Shown here one piece after another: positions 37,471-46,660 of a stretch of 64,000 nucleotides of DNA. Source of the stretch: an uncultured Fibrobacterota bacterium. GTDB taxonomy: Bacteria > Fibrobacterota > Chitinivibrionia > Chitinivibrionales > FEN-1185. The notes below the pieces were generated by a model that worked only from the letters and a program-made list of their open reading frames with translations, was not told the DNA's origin and did no database searches. The first letter of the stretch is position 1; each line of letters opens with the position of its first letter. Made by a program: the position numbers and the translations under genes. The stretch lies in NCBI GenBank assembly GCA_963729895.1, contig CAVSQB010000011.1, positions 96,001-160,000 on the forward strand, read 5' to 3'.

Positions 37471-38762
37471 ATCCATCCGCCGCCCCCGCAATTCCCCTTA
37501 TCTTCAATCTTTTTCCCCGCCATTTTGAAACCATAGACGAATGGGCTTCCTGCATTCCCCACGTTCGCGGCATGGGTTTCAATTGGATTTTTGTCAACCC
37601 GTTCCACATGACGGGGCTTTCGGGCAGCCTGTATGCAATCAAGAACTACTACCAGCTCAACCCGCTTTTCCTCAAGAAGGGCCAGGACACGTCCGACTGG
37701 CACCCGCTCAAGAAGTTCGTGGCGGCCTGCAGGGATTCGTCCATAGAAATGATCATGGACCTGGTGGTCAATCATACGGCGTTTGATTCCTTCCTTGTAA
37801 AGACCAACCCCGCTTGGTTTAAGCGCGACTCGGAGGGGAGGCTGGTGAGTCCGCATGCGATAGACCCGGCAAATGCCGACAACGTCACCGTATGGGGAGA
37901 CCTTGCGGAAGTTGACAATCTCGAAAGTAAAGACAGAAAGGGGCTGTGGGACTACTGGGACAAACTGGTGCTGTACTTTCAGGAAATGGGCGTTCGCGGG
38001 TTCCGGTGCGACGCAGCCTATCAGGTCCCGGCCGACTTGTGGAAATTTCTCATCGGATCGGCTAAGAAACGCTATCCCCGAACCGTATTTCTTGCCGAAA
38101 CGCTGGGCTGCACCCTGGACCAGATTGCCGAACTCAAAGGCACAGGGTTCGATTATCTCTTCAATTCGTCCAAGTATTGGAATTTCGACAAACCTTGGTG
38201 TCTGGAACAGCACGAGAGCAACAAGGAGATCGCACCTTCCATCAGTTTCCCCGAGTCGCACGACACGCCGCGGTTGGCGGATGAAAAGCCGGGGACCGTC
38301 GACGTGCAGAAAATGCGCTACGCGTTTGCCTCGATGTTTTCCAAGGGGCTTCTCATGCCTTCAGGTTTCGAGTACGGCGCCCGGAAAAGGATCGATGTCG
38401 TGAAGGCCTCTCCCAAGGATGTCGAACCGCCGCAGTGGGATATTTCCGCGTGGATCAAGGAAATCAACGAACTCAAGGCCGCCACGCCCGTCTTCTGTGA
38501 GGAAGGGTCGTGGACGGCGCTGACCCCCTACGAACGTGACGTCGTATTTCTTAAAAAGCAATCTGACGCGAACGCCAAGCCCGTTCTTGTGTGCGTCAAT
38601 AAGGACATGGAGGCGCAGCAGGAGGTGAGCGCGAACGACGTTCCCGAGGAAGCGGCGTCGTTCAGGAGGATGCTGCGTGTGCTCACAAGTCCGGTCAGGG
38701 AGAGTGCGGTTCCCCGCACCCTTACGCTCAAACCGGCCGAAATCGTGCTGTTCACGTGTTGA
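37467..38762 (+). CDS. GH13 alpha-amylase family glycoside hydrolase
   Basis: DLVVNHT, GFRCDAAY, LAETLG and ESHDT show an intact catalytic triad. The TTG start overlaps the panC stop. Confidence 0.9.
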   Translation: MNPSAAPAIPLIFNLFPRHFETIDEWASCIPHVRGMGFNWIFVNPFHMTGLSGSLYAIKNYYQLNPLFLKKGQDTSDWHPLKKFVAACRDSSIEMIMDLVVNHTAFDSFLVKTNPAWFKRDSEGRLVSPHAIDPANADNVTVWGDLAEVDNLESKDRKGLWDYWDKLVLYFQEMGVRGFRCDAAYQVPADLWKFLIGSAKKRYPRTVFLAETLGCTLDQIAELKGTGFDYLFNSSKYWNFDKPWCLEQHESNKEIAPSISFPESHDTPRLADEKPGTVDVQKMRYAFASMFSKGLLMPSGFEYGARKRIDVVKASPKDVEPPQWDISAWIKEINELKAATPVFCEEGSWTALTPYERDVVFLKKQSDANAKPVLVCVNKDMEAQQEVSANDVPEEAASFRRMLRVLTSPVRESAVPRTLTLKPAEIVLFTC

Positions 38763-38773
38763 CGGCGGGCATG

Positions 38774-39313
38774 CTATTTGACCACGATGCTTCCGGCGGG
38801 AACCTGCAGCAGGAGCAGCAGGGTATCGCCGACCGTTCTTTCGAGCAGGGTCCTGCTGTAGGCAATCTCCCCTGAAATGTTTTCTCCAAAAGAAATGTTG
38901 CGGTCGTCACGAAACGCCTTCAGGTACAGGGACCAGCGCTTGGCGTCGTACGCGGCGGCCACGCGGCGGCCGGCAACCTGGGCGGACCGGGGGAGCGAGG
39001 GGTTGCCTGTTCCTTTTCCCGCAACCATGAAGCAGCCGGACGCCGAATCGAACGAGACATTCAGCAGGAGCTGCGCGGCATTCTTGTCGGCCGATGAGAC
39101 GCGGACGCCGTTCTCCAGTTTGACAAGAATACGCAGGAGCGAATCGAGGCCGGCGGAATCGGGCGACGCCATGCCGCGGGGAGGAAGGTCTTGCCCGGAC
39201 GATGCGGCCGGGCCGTGCCGGGCGTCCGGAGGCGGGGAGGGCTGTTCTTTGCACGAGGCAATAACCAGGCACGCACACGAACAAAGGGTGATTGCGACGG
39301 ACCGACGCTTCAT
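38774..39313 (-). CDS. Hypothetical lipoprotein
   Basis: MKRR followed by a hydrophobic stretch, a lipobox-like IASC, and a Pro-rich linker. Confidence 0.6.
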   Translation of the reverse strand: MKRRSVAITLCSCACLVIASCKEQPSPPPDARHGPAASSGQDLPPRGMASPDSAGLDSLLRILVKLENGVRVSSADKNAAQLLLNVSFDSASGCFMVAGKGTGNPSLPRSAQVAGRRVAAAYDAKRWSLYLKAFRDDRNISFGENISGEIAYSRTLLERTVGDTLLLLLQVPAGSIVVK

Positions 39314-39396
39314 GGTATTTTATCCCTTGCAAGGCGCAGGCGTTTTTCCTAAAATAATCTTTCCCTGTAAAACAAACGGGCAAAAATAGTCGTACC

Positions 39397-39918
39397 ATGG
39401 TCCAAAAGAACAAGGCGCTTTTTCTCGACAGGGACGGCGTTGTCAACGAGGACAGCGAGTACCCGCATAAACCCGAGCACATCTTATTCAATCCGGCGGT
39501 CTTTGATCTTTGCAGGGAGGCGTTGGCCAAGGGATATATCATCGTTGTCATTACGAACCAGGCCGGTGTTGCGAAGGGCAAATTTACCGAAGAAGACGTA
39601 CGTTCGCTGCATGCCTGGATGGCGGAGCGCTTCCTCGAAAGGGGAATACCGGTCGCGGGTTTCTATTATTGCCCGTTCCACAAGAACGCCAGCGTCGAGG
39701 CGTACAAAATGGACTCCGATTGCCGCAAGCCGCGGCCGGGCATGTTCCTCAAGGCTGCAAAGGATTTGGATATCGATCTGTCGAGGTCCATCATGGTCGG
39801 CGACAAACAATCGGACCGTATTGACCTGCCGGAACTGCGAAGCTACATCATCAGGAGCAGGTATTCCCCGGACAATTTTGATTTTGAAACAGTGGAACAG
39901 ATCGTAACCGTTTTGTGA
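39397..39918 (+). CDS. gmhB: D-glycero-D-manno-heptose bisphosphate phosphatase (HAD IIIA)
   Basis: Motifs FLDRDGVVN, ITNQAG, CPFH...CRKP.PGM and MVGDK.SD. Confidence 0.9.
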   Translation: MVQKNKALFLDRDGVVNEDSEYPHKPEHILFNPAVFDLCREALAKGYIIVVITNQAGVAKGKFTEEDVRSLHAWMAERFLERGIPVAGFYYCPFHKNASVEAYKMDSDCRKPRPGMFLKAAKDLDIDLSRSIMVGDKQSDRIDLPELRSYIIRSRYSPDNFDFETVEQIVTVL

Positions 39919-39933
39919 CCGGAAGGAGAATGT

Positions 39934-42357
39934 GTGGATAAGAAAAACGTCGACATGACCGCAGGAAAAAACGGTGTCGCGCGGTCCTCGCTTTTCTCAA
40001 ACGACCTGTTCTATGTAGGCGTGCTGGCCCTGCTGGTTATTATCGTCTTTGCACCGTTTTTGTTTTCCGACAAGATGCTGTTCGGCTCCGATACCATGGG
40101 CGGGCTTGATTCCCGCGTGTTCCTCAAGACGTCCATAGAGAAATATCACCAGTTCCCCCTGTGGTTCAACAGCAGGCTCGGCGGCATGCCCTCCATAGAC
40201 GCCCTGTTCGGCGACGCCATGTACCTTCCCACGCTCCTGATTGACGCGGTCCAGCCCATAGCGAGGGCGCTCGGCCTGCGGCTCGTGCTGCACGTGTTTC
40301 TGGCGGGGCTTTTCTTTTTTCTGATGCTCCGGCGCGGCTTCGGAATGCCCGCCTTCGTGGCAGGGATCGGCGGTGCACTCTACATGCTCAATCCCGAATT
40401 CTTTTCACACGTGTACCCGGGGCACGACGGAAAGATGTTCGTGATCGCATGGCTGCCGTTCGTGATGTGGCGTTTGAAATCGCTGGTCGAGACCCCGCAG
40501 CTCCTCAACGCGACGTTGCTTTCGCTCGGCATTGCAATGTGTCTGTTCACCTCGCAGATTCAAATGTGCTATTTCATGATGTGGGGAGTGGCCCTGTACT
40601 GGCTCGCGGCAGTCGTATTCATGTGGACAAAAGAGAAGAAAGTGCTGCCTCTCGCACGGGTGAGCGGCTTTGTGGCGCTTGCCGTTCTGCTCGGATTCGG
40701 CCTTTCGCTCATCCAATTTCTCCCGCCATTCATGTTCGTGCGCGAGGCGTTCTCGGTGCGAGGCGTCGAGCGCGGTTTCGAGTACGCTGCTTCCTGGTCC
40801 CTGCATTGGCCCGAGGTGTTCTCGTTGTGGGTGCCGGATTTCGGCGGTTTTGACATCGGCGATGTGCAGACGTACTGGAGCGAAAACCCGTTCAAGCTCA
40901 ACACCGAGTATCCCGGTGCAATCGCGCTGCTGTTTGCGATTTTCGCTATTGTCCAAAAACCCAGGCCTTGGAGAATCTTCTGGGGAGGAGTTGCGCTGTG
41001 TGCGGTTCTCTATTCGCTCGGCGCGCACACGCCCGTTTTCTATGCAGCCTATTATCTTGTTCCGGGTGTCAGCAAGTTTCGCGCGGCAAGCATGCTCATG
41101 TTCTGGTTCTCGTTTGCAACGGTGCTTTTGTCATGCTTGTTCTTCAAGGACACGATCGCCGGATATTTTTCCCGTATGTCCGACGCGGAGAAGAAGAAAT
41201 GGACAAAAGGACTTCTCATCGCCCTTGGCTCCGTCACGCTCCTTGCGATGCTCTTTTCGGTGCAGGGATTTGTGGCGGGCATCATGAATGTCTTCACCAC
41301 CGCGCTCTCCGATACCCAGAAATTCTCGATATTCGAAAGGAATTTCGCAAAGAATTTCGTACCGTTTCTCTGGGTATGGTGGTTCTTTGCCGGAATATCC
41401 ATGGCGCTGCTTCTGGGCGTCATCAACAACAAGGTAGGGAAGAACGCTTTTCTTATCGCGGTCGCGGCGATTGCGCTTATCGACGTCTGCAGAGTTGATT
41501 CGCGTTTTGTCACCACAGTCAATCCGAAGCCCTATTTCTATGCAGAACAGACAATCGTGGACCTGCAAAACGAAATGAAGCAGGAACCGTTCCGCTGCTT
41601 CGTGCTGCCCGGGGCGCTTCCCAAGGGCGGTGAGGGAATAATGGGGCTTGAAGGCGTGGGCGGCTTCCACGACAACGAACTTCGCTGGTACAGAAATTTC
41701 CGGGGCGATCAGGAAGACAGAAATTACTACACGAATCTGCTGGGCGTCCAGCAGGACGGCAGGCCCTTTCTCAGGCCCGAAAACCTGAAATATGGAAACT
41801 CCTTCCTCAATATCGCCAATGCAAAGTACTATCTCGTTCGACAGGGAGAAACCCTGTATAAGATTCCCAACGAGGGCGCGCTGCAAAGAATTTCGTTTAC
41901 GCCGGGCTACGTTGTTCTGGACAGCGGCCACATTGACGATGCCCTGAGGAACGGGACCTATGACTATCGCAAGGCGGTAGGACTATGTGCGGAACCTGCT
42001 CAGAAACCGGCAGCCGTTGACTCGTCTTTTGTTGCTCAGACCTCGGTGCAATGGAAGGCCTACACCCCTAATTACAGGAAAGCGGAAGTGTCGGTCAACG
42101 CAGACGGGTTTCTCAGGATTTCGGAAGTTTACTATCCGGGATGGGAAATCCGCATCGATGGAAATCCCGCAAAAATCTATCGCGCCGACCTGGCATGGAT
42201 GGCGGTGAACATAACAAAAGGAAGCCACATGGTTGAGATGCTGCCGCATTCCCTGTACTTGAAGAAAGCGGAAATCGTGTCCTATCCGCTGATGGTTCTG
42301 TTTGGAATTTACTGGATCGGAATTGCGGCGGTCCGGCTGCGGCGTAAAAAGAAATGA
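39934..42357 (+). CDS. YfhO-family polytopic membrane protein (GT-C-like)
   Basis: Many TM helices, FPLWFNSRLGGMP near the N-terminus, and ISEVYYPGWEIRIDG near the C-terminus. Confidence 0.82.
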   Translation: MDKKNVDMTAGKNGVARSSLFSNDLFYVGVLALLVIIVFAPFLFSDKMLFGSDTMGGLDSRVFLKTSIEKYHQFPLWFNSRLGGMPSIDALFGDAMYLPTLLIDAVQPIARALGLRLVLHVFLAGLFFFLMLRRGFGMPAFVAGIGGALYMLNPEFFSHVYPGHDGKMFVIAWLPFVMWRLKSLVETPQLLNATLLSLGIAMCLFTSQIQMCYFMMWGVALYWLAAVVFMWTKEKKVLPLARVSGFVALAVLLGFGLSLIQFLPPFMFVREAFSVRGVERGFEYAASWSLHWPEVFSLWVPDFGGFDIGDVQTYWSENPFKLNTEYPGAIALLFAIFAIVQKPRPWRIFWGGVALCAVLYSLGAHTPVFYAAYYLVPGVSKFRAASMLMFWFSFATVLLSCLFFKDTIAGYFSRMSDAEKKKWTKGLLIALGSVTLLAMLFSVQGFVAGIMNVFTTALSDTQKFSIFERNFAKNFVPFLWVWWFFAGISMALLLGVINNKVGKNAFLIAVAAIALIDVCRVDSRFVTTVNPKPYFYAEQTIVDLQNEMKQEPFRCFVLPGALPKGGEGIMGLEGVGGFHDNELRWYRNFRGDQEDRNYYTNLLGVQQDGRPFLRPENLKYGNSFLNIANAKYYLVRQGETLYKIPNEGALQRISFTPGYVVLDSGHIDDALRNGTYDYRKAVGLCAEPAQKPAAVDSSFVAQTSVQWKAYTPNYRKAEVSVNADGFLRISEVYYPGWEIRIDGNPAKIYRADLAWMAVNITKGSHMVEMLPHSLYLKKAEIVSYPLMVLFGIYWIGIAAVRLRRKKK

Positions 42358-42384
42358 AGTGAGGACGTGCGGCCGTGCAGCGGC

Positions 42385-43497
42385 CTATGTCCTGTGCGCA
42401 AGATACAGTTCGTTGTAGAACTCCTCCTGGATGCCCGCCACCCGGTCGAGCGTGAATCGCCGGGCCCACACGCGGCCGTTTGCGCCCAGCTTTTCGCGCA
42501 GGCCAACATTAGAAAGAAGAACCTCCATTTTCTTTGCGAGTTCGCCGGCGTCTCCCGGCGGCACGAGCAGTCCCGTTTCGTTGTCACGGATTGCATCCTG
42601 CAATCCGTGTATGCGTGTTCCAAGGGTGGCCTTTCCCATTGCGGCCGCCTCTACGGCGGCGATGTTCCAGCCTTCGTAACGCGAGGGCATGCACACGATC
42701 GTCGCCGTTCTGAACAGTCTCTTTTTTTCCTCGTCGGATGCGTTGACCACGCACTCTATTCTGCCGCGGAAAGGAGACTCGTTGATCCTCTTTTGCAGCC
42801 ATGCCGTGTCGGTTTCTTTTCCTCTGCCCGCCACAACGAGCCGGTGTTCGGGAAACCTGTCCGCCACTTTTTCGAATGCCGGAACAAGAATATCAATTCC
42901 CTTCATGTGAATGTCGATACGGCCAAAGCAGAGAACAAATTTTCCGTCCGCGGGCTTCTCCGTCAGAAGGGAGGTATCGAAACTCACGTAGCCGGCCCTC
43001 GCCTTGACGTTCGGCCTGCCGGCAAGGATTTCGGCCGCCATGCTGTCGGTAAGGGTGATGAAATTGCGCGCCGTGCCAAGCACAAGCTTTTCCATGAGAA
43101 GGGGAACCAACCCTGCCGTGCCGTACTTTGTGACAGCCTCGGTGCCGGTACGGTGAAAGAACAGCACAACGGTCTTGCGCGGCTTGAAGAGAAAGGTCAG
43201 CACCGGCGAATAAATGGAATAGGGAATCGCCACGATGTCGGCGCGGGAGAACAACGAATGTATTGTTGCGAAAAGGGAAAATGAGACCCTGCTCAACAAA
43301 TAGGAGGCTTTGAAGCCTAAATGGCGATACCGGAAATTCGGTTCGTCGCTGTTGCGTGCGCCCTGAAAATTTCCGGTGTAAAAGCGGATGGAATGCCGTG
43401 AGGAAATAACCCGGTGGACCGACAATTCCCGGTAGGCCCCGCCGCCGCCGCAGCGCGGATTGTGTATGTCGTCGTAACAGTAGACGGTGATGTTCAT
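42385..43497 (-). CDS. Glycosyltransferase family 4
   Basis: Motifs GGGA, GRIDIHMKG, PSRYEGWNIAAVEA (EX7E) and ETGLLV. ATG 43497 is the likely start. Confidence 0.92.
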   Translation of the reverse strand: MNITVYCYDDIHNPRCGGGGAYRELSVHRVISSRHSIRFYTGNFQGARNSDEPNFRYRHLGFKASYLLSRVSFSLFATIHSLFSRADIVAIPYSIYSPVLTFLFKPRKTVVLFFHRTGTEAVTKYGTAGLVPLLMEKLVLGTARNFITLTDSMAAEILAGRPNVKARAGYVSFDTSLLTEKPADGKFVLCFGRIDIHMKGIDILVPAFEKVADRFPEHRLVVAGRGKETDTAWLQKRINESPFRGRIECVVNASDEEKKRLFRTATIVCMPSRYEGWNIAAVEAAAMGKATLGTRIHGLQDAIRDNETGLLVPPGDAGELAKKMEVLLSNVGLREKLGANGRVWARRFTLDRVAGIQEEFYNELYLAHRT

Positions 43498-43686
43498 AGA
43501 CGAAAAAGGCCCGGTTTGCTTGCGTGACCCGCACAGGAAAATACACCATGAATATGAATTTGATACAGGTAATTTCATCCCGCGAAAAATTGGGTCACCA
43601 CCAAACAAAAGCCGCAATAATTATTTTATAAACGCCGCGTGCCGAATCGGCCGGATTCGTGCGCCGGCAGGAAAGTCGGGGGACGC

Positions 43687-44406
43687 ATGATCGCGCCGTC
43701 AAACAATGCACCAGTTATCACCAGCACGTATTACAACCCTGCCTATTATTCAAAACACCTGGAACGCCTTGAGAAAAAAGATCGCTTCACCAAGGTGAAA
43801 ATCAAACGGGTCACTTCGCTGCTGGGACCTGCTGCGGGCGAACGCATCGTCGATCTCGGCTGTGGAGTCGGCACCATGATGATTCTCCTTGCGCCATCAG
43901 AGGCAACCATCATCGGCATCGATTATTCACCCGACTCCCTGTCACTTGCCAGAGCGTGTTTTGCCAGGGAAGAGCCGACCCGCTCCTTTAAGGGAGTCTG
44001 CTGCGACGGCCGCGCACTGGCGCTGCGGAGCGGATCGGTGGACGGCGTCATGGCCGTGGATTTTACCGAACATCTTGAGGATGACCTGCTTGTTCCTACG
44101 GTACGAGAAGTGCATCGGATATTGAAGGACGGGGGACGGTTTATACTGTACACACCGAGCCGCACCCACCTTTTTGAAAGATTAAAGAAACGCAACATCA
44201 TTCTAAAAGAGGACAAATCGCATGTTGGACTGCGTACGATGGGCCGGTACAGGGAGATTCTTGAACGGTCCGGTTTTACGATGAAGGAATCCTACTTCGA
44301 ATCCACCCATATTCCCCTGTTCAGCATTCTTGAAAAAGCGGTCATGAACATTCCGATTATCGGGGATCTTGCAAAAAGAAGAATCTGCATCCGCGCCTTA
44401 AAGTAA
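43687..44406 (+). CDS. Class I SAM-dependent methyltransferase
   Basis: VDLGCGVG motif I, GIDYS, and EHL...HRILK.GG. Confidence 0.88.
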   Translation: MIAPSNNAPVITSTYYNPAYYSKHLERLEKKDRFTKVKIKRVTSLLGPAAGERIVDLGCGVGTMMILLAPSEATIIGIDYSPDSLSLARACFAREEPTRSFKGVCCDGRALALRSGSVDGVMAVDFTEHLEDDLLVPTVREVHRILKDGGRFILYTPSRTHLFERLKKRNIILKEDKSHVGLRTMGRYREILERSGFTMKESYFESTHIPLFSILEKAVMNIPIIGDLAKRRICIRALK

Positions 44407-44474
44407 GCCTGCCTCGGGAAACCTTGCACACGGCAGACGCCGGCAGCCCCAATGCCGGGCAGCACGTGCGTTTG

Positions 44475-45512
44475 TCAATGTTCTCGTGCCTTCTCCGCGC
44501 CTTGACGAATGTCTGCGCTTGCCCCAAACAACAGCGGAAAGCCGCCGACAAGTTTGAGCAATATCGAAAAGTAACCGAAAACAATGTAAATCCCCAGCTG
44601 CTCAGTTGACAAGCCGACCTGTCTGAACATGAGGGCCAGAAGGGCCTCGCGTATTCCGATTCCATTTGGCGCAAGCGGGAGGGCAATGCAGAGGATTTCA
44701 ATGATAGGTAGATACAAGAGAGATTCGGCCACGAGGATTTTGCCGGAAATTCCGTACATCACCATGCAGCCCGCCCCGGTGATCATGACTTGCATAATGA
44801 GAGTAAGCAGGGAAACGAAAGCAAGGGTGCCGCCTTTGCCCCGGTACTTATAAATTGCTTCACGGATGTTTTCGATGGCGATAAGGATTCGTTTGGGAAG
44901 AACTTTTCCAAAAATGATGCGAAACGGGCCGGTGAACCGCTTCGAGAATGAAAGGGCAAACAGGAGAAGAAGTGCTGTGAACGCCGATGCAATCGACTCT
45001 ACAAAACCAGACGGCAGCATAGACCGCTCGATGTGAAAGAGGCCATATATCGACAAAACCGCCATCGCGAGCAAGCCGAGCACCCCGGAAATCCAGGAGG
45101 ACGCCCATGTGACGGAATAGTCCATGCTCCGGGAAAGAATGAACGCACGTACCACATTTTGCGCCGCGGAAGTTGGAAGCACTATTGAATAATAGAGCCC
45201 CACAAAATGCGCCTTGAGAGTTGTTGCCAGGGTAAGCGCATCGGCAAACGGTCGCATGAGAAGCCACCAGCGGATACCTTGCAGGAACATACTGGTGAGG
45301 ATGACTATGGCGAGTAGGGGAAAGGTCCACCATGCGGTCGAAGCCAACGCGTGAAACAATTGCAAATAATTGATCTTAGAGAAAATCCAAACAATGGGTA
45401 CGAGTGCGATCAACAAACGGACTATCTTAAAAATCGAAGTTTGGGAGAAGTTTCTGAGGTTCAAAATATGTATATTTTGAAAAGCGTTTGTGCAGCGGAA
45501 CCGGGGTATCAA
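44475..45512 (-). CDS. Lysylphosphatidylglycerol-synthase TM / flippase-like (YbhN/UPF0104) protein
   Basis: Multi-TM protein with RWWLL, SIVLPTS and LPLAPNGIGIRE. The start codon is uncertain. Confidence 0.8.
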   Translation of the reverse strand: MIPRFRCTNAFQNIHILNLRNFSQTSIFKIVRLLIALVPIVWIFSKINYLQLFHALASTAWWTFPLLAIVILTSMFLQGIRWWLLMRPFADALTLATTLKAHFVGLYYSIVLPTSAAQNVVRAFILSRSMDYSVTWASSWISGVLGLLAMAVLSIYGLFHIERSMLPSGFVESIASAFTALLLLFALSFSKRFTGPFRIIFGKVLPKRILIAIENIREAIYKYRGKGGTLAFVSLLTLIMQVMITGAGCMVMYGISGKILVAESLLYLPIIEILCIALPLAPNGIGIREALLALMFRQVGLSTEQLGIYIVFGYFSILLKLVGGFPLLFGASADIRQGAEKAREH

Positions 45513-45624
45513 AGGACCGCAAGTTCCAAGAATCCGGGGTCTTCTTGCTTTTAAATATACTCATTTCTGGCGTTTACTTTCAAATGTAATTTGACGTCGT
45601 TGGTCGCAGGGGGAACAAAGAAGG

Positions 45625-46329
45625 ATGCCATATTCAGATTATTACGAGAGCAGGAAGGTGAGCCGCCTTGGAAAATGGTTCAACAGGCGTTTCGCCACCC
45701 TCATCGTTGAAGAAGTCAAGAGTCGCTGCAAGGACGGCGATGCGGTGATTGAGATTGGGCCGGGAGAAGGCAGGGTTGCCGACTTGCTCAATGCGTCGAC
45801 AAAGTATAGCGCCTATGAAGCAAGTCCTGCGCTGGCGGCAGGGCTTGAGGGAAAAGGGATCTCTGTTTTCCGGAGAATGGCGCCTCCTCTGGTTGAAAAG
45901 GACGCATCGCAACAGGTTGTAATCGCTACCCACGTCGTAGAACACATGCCCGATTTCCCGACTGCGCAACGACTCTTTCAGGAAATCAATCGTGTTCTTG
46001 TCCCCGGTGGGGTGTTCATTGTAGTCTCGCCGGACTTCAATGACATGGGAAAACTTTTTTTCGACGTGGACTATTCCCATAATTTTGTCACTACTGCCAA
46101 CAGACTGTCTCAGCTTGCAAAGGACTCAGGGCTTGCCGTCGTCAAGAGAAAATTCCTGTACGGTGCCTTGGATTTCTGGCCGGGGCTTCCGTGCAATTTG
46201 GCGGTTAAGTTCTCGTTCTGGTTCCTACGGTTCGTCAAGGGAAATTTCTGTTTTGAAGACAAGGGAATATTCAAGCTTGAACACCTGTTTTCCAGGGCGG
46301 TTTACATGGTCTTCACGAAGCCGAAGTGA
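45625..46329 (+). CDS. Class I SAM-dependent methyltransferase
   Basis: Motifs IEIGPGEG, HVVEH, RVLVPGG and DYSH. Confidence 0.85.
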   Translation: MPYSDYYESRKVSRLGKWFNRRFATLIVEEVKSRCKDGDAVIEIGPGEGRVADLLNASTKYSAYEASPALAAGLEGKGISVFRRMAPPLVEKDASQQVVIATHVVEHMPDFPTAQRLFQEINRVLVPGGVFIVVSPDFNDMGKLFFDVDYSHNFVTTANRLSQLAKDSGLAVVKRKFLYGALDFWPGLPCNLAVKFSFWFLRFVKGNFCFEDKGIFKLEHLFSRAVYMVFTKPK

Positions 46330-46556
46330 CCCGCAGGCTTCAAATCTCGGCAAAAATGAAGCATTCGACAGTTGATGGGACTCGAACGCAATTGCACCCG
46401 AGCGCCTCAGCGAAACATGCTTCGAGGAACAAGGAAGTCTGGTCGATACTCCACTCGCCGCCGGTATTCTTAGTCCCAACGTGCGAAATGCTGACTACAG
46501 ATGGTTTTGGCATTTTCTGCCGGAAAACACTTTCTTTGCATGCGCTCAGTTTTAAG

Positions 46557-46585
46557 TTGACAAATTCGGTATCTGTCTCTATATT
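46557..46585 (+). promoter_or_regulatory. Sigma70-like promoter
   Basis: TTGACA (46557-46562), a 17-bp spacer, then TATATT (46580-46585), upstream of the LamG gene. Confidence 0.65.
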
Positions 46586-46660
46586 CAAGAGGTGGAATTC
46601 GTTGAAAGGGAGGGGAAAACGTTGCGTCCCGTGATGCCAAAATCGCCAAGGGGGATCGTC

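Noticed and set aside
46370..46395. tRNA-like fragment (reverse complement GTTCGAGTCCCATC) as a possible att site
   Set aside because: There is no T-stem pairing or cloverleaf, and it does not match either tRNA in the window.
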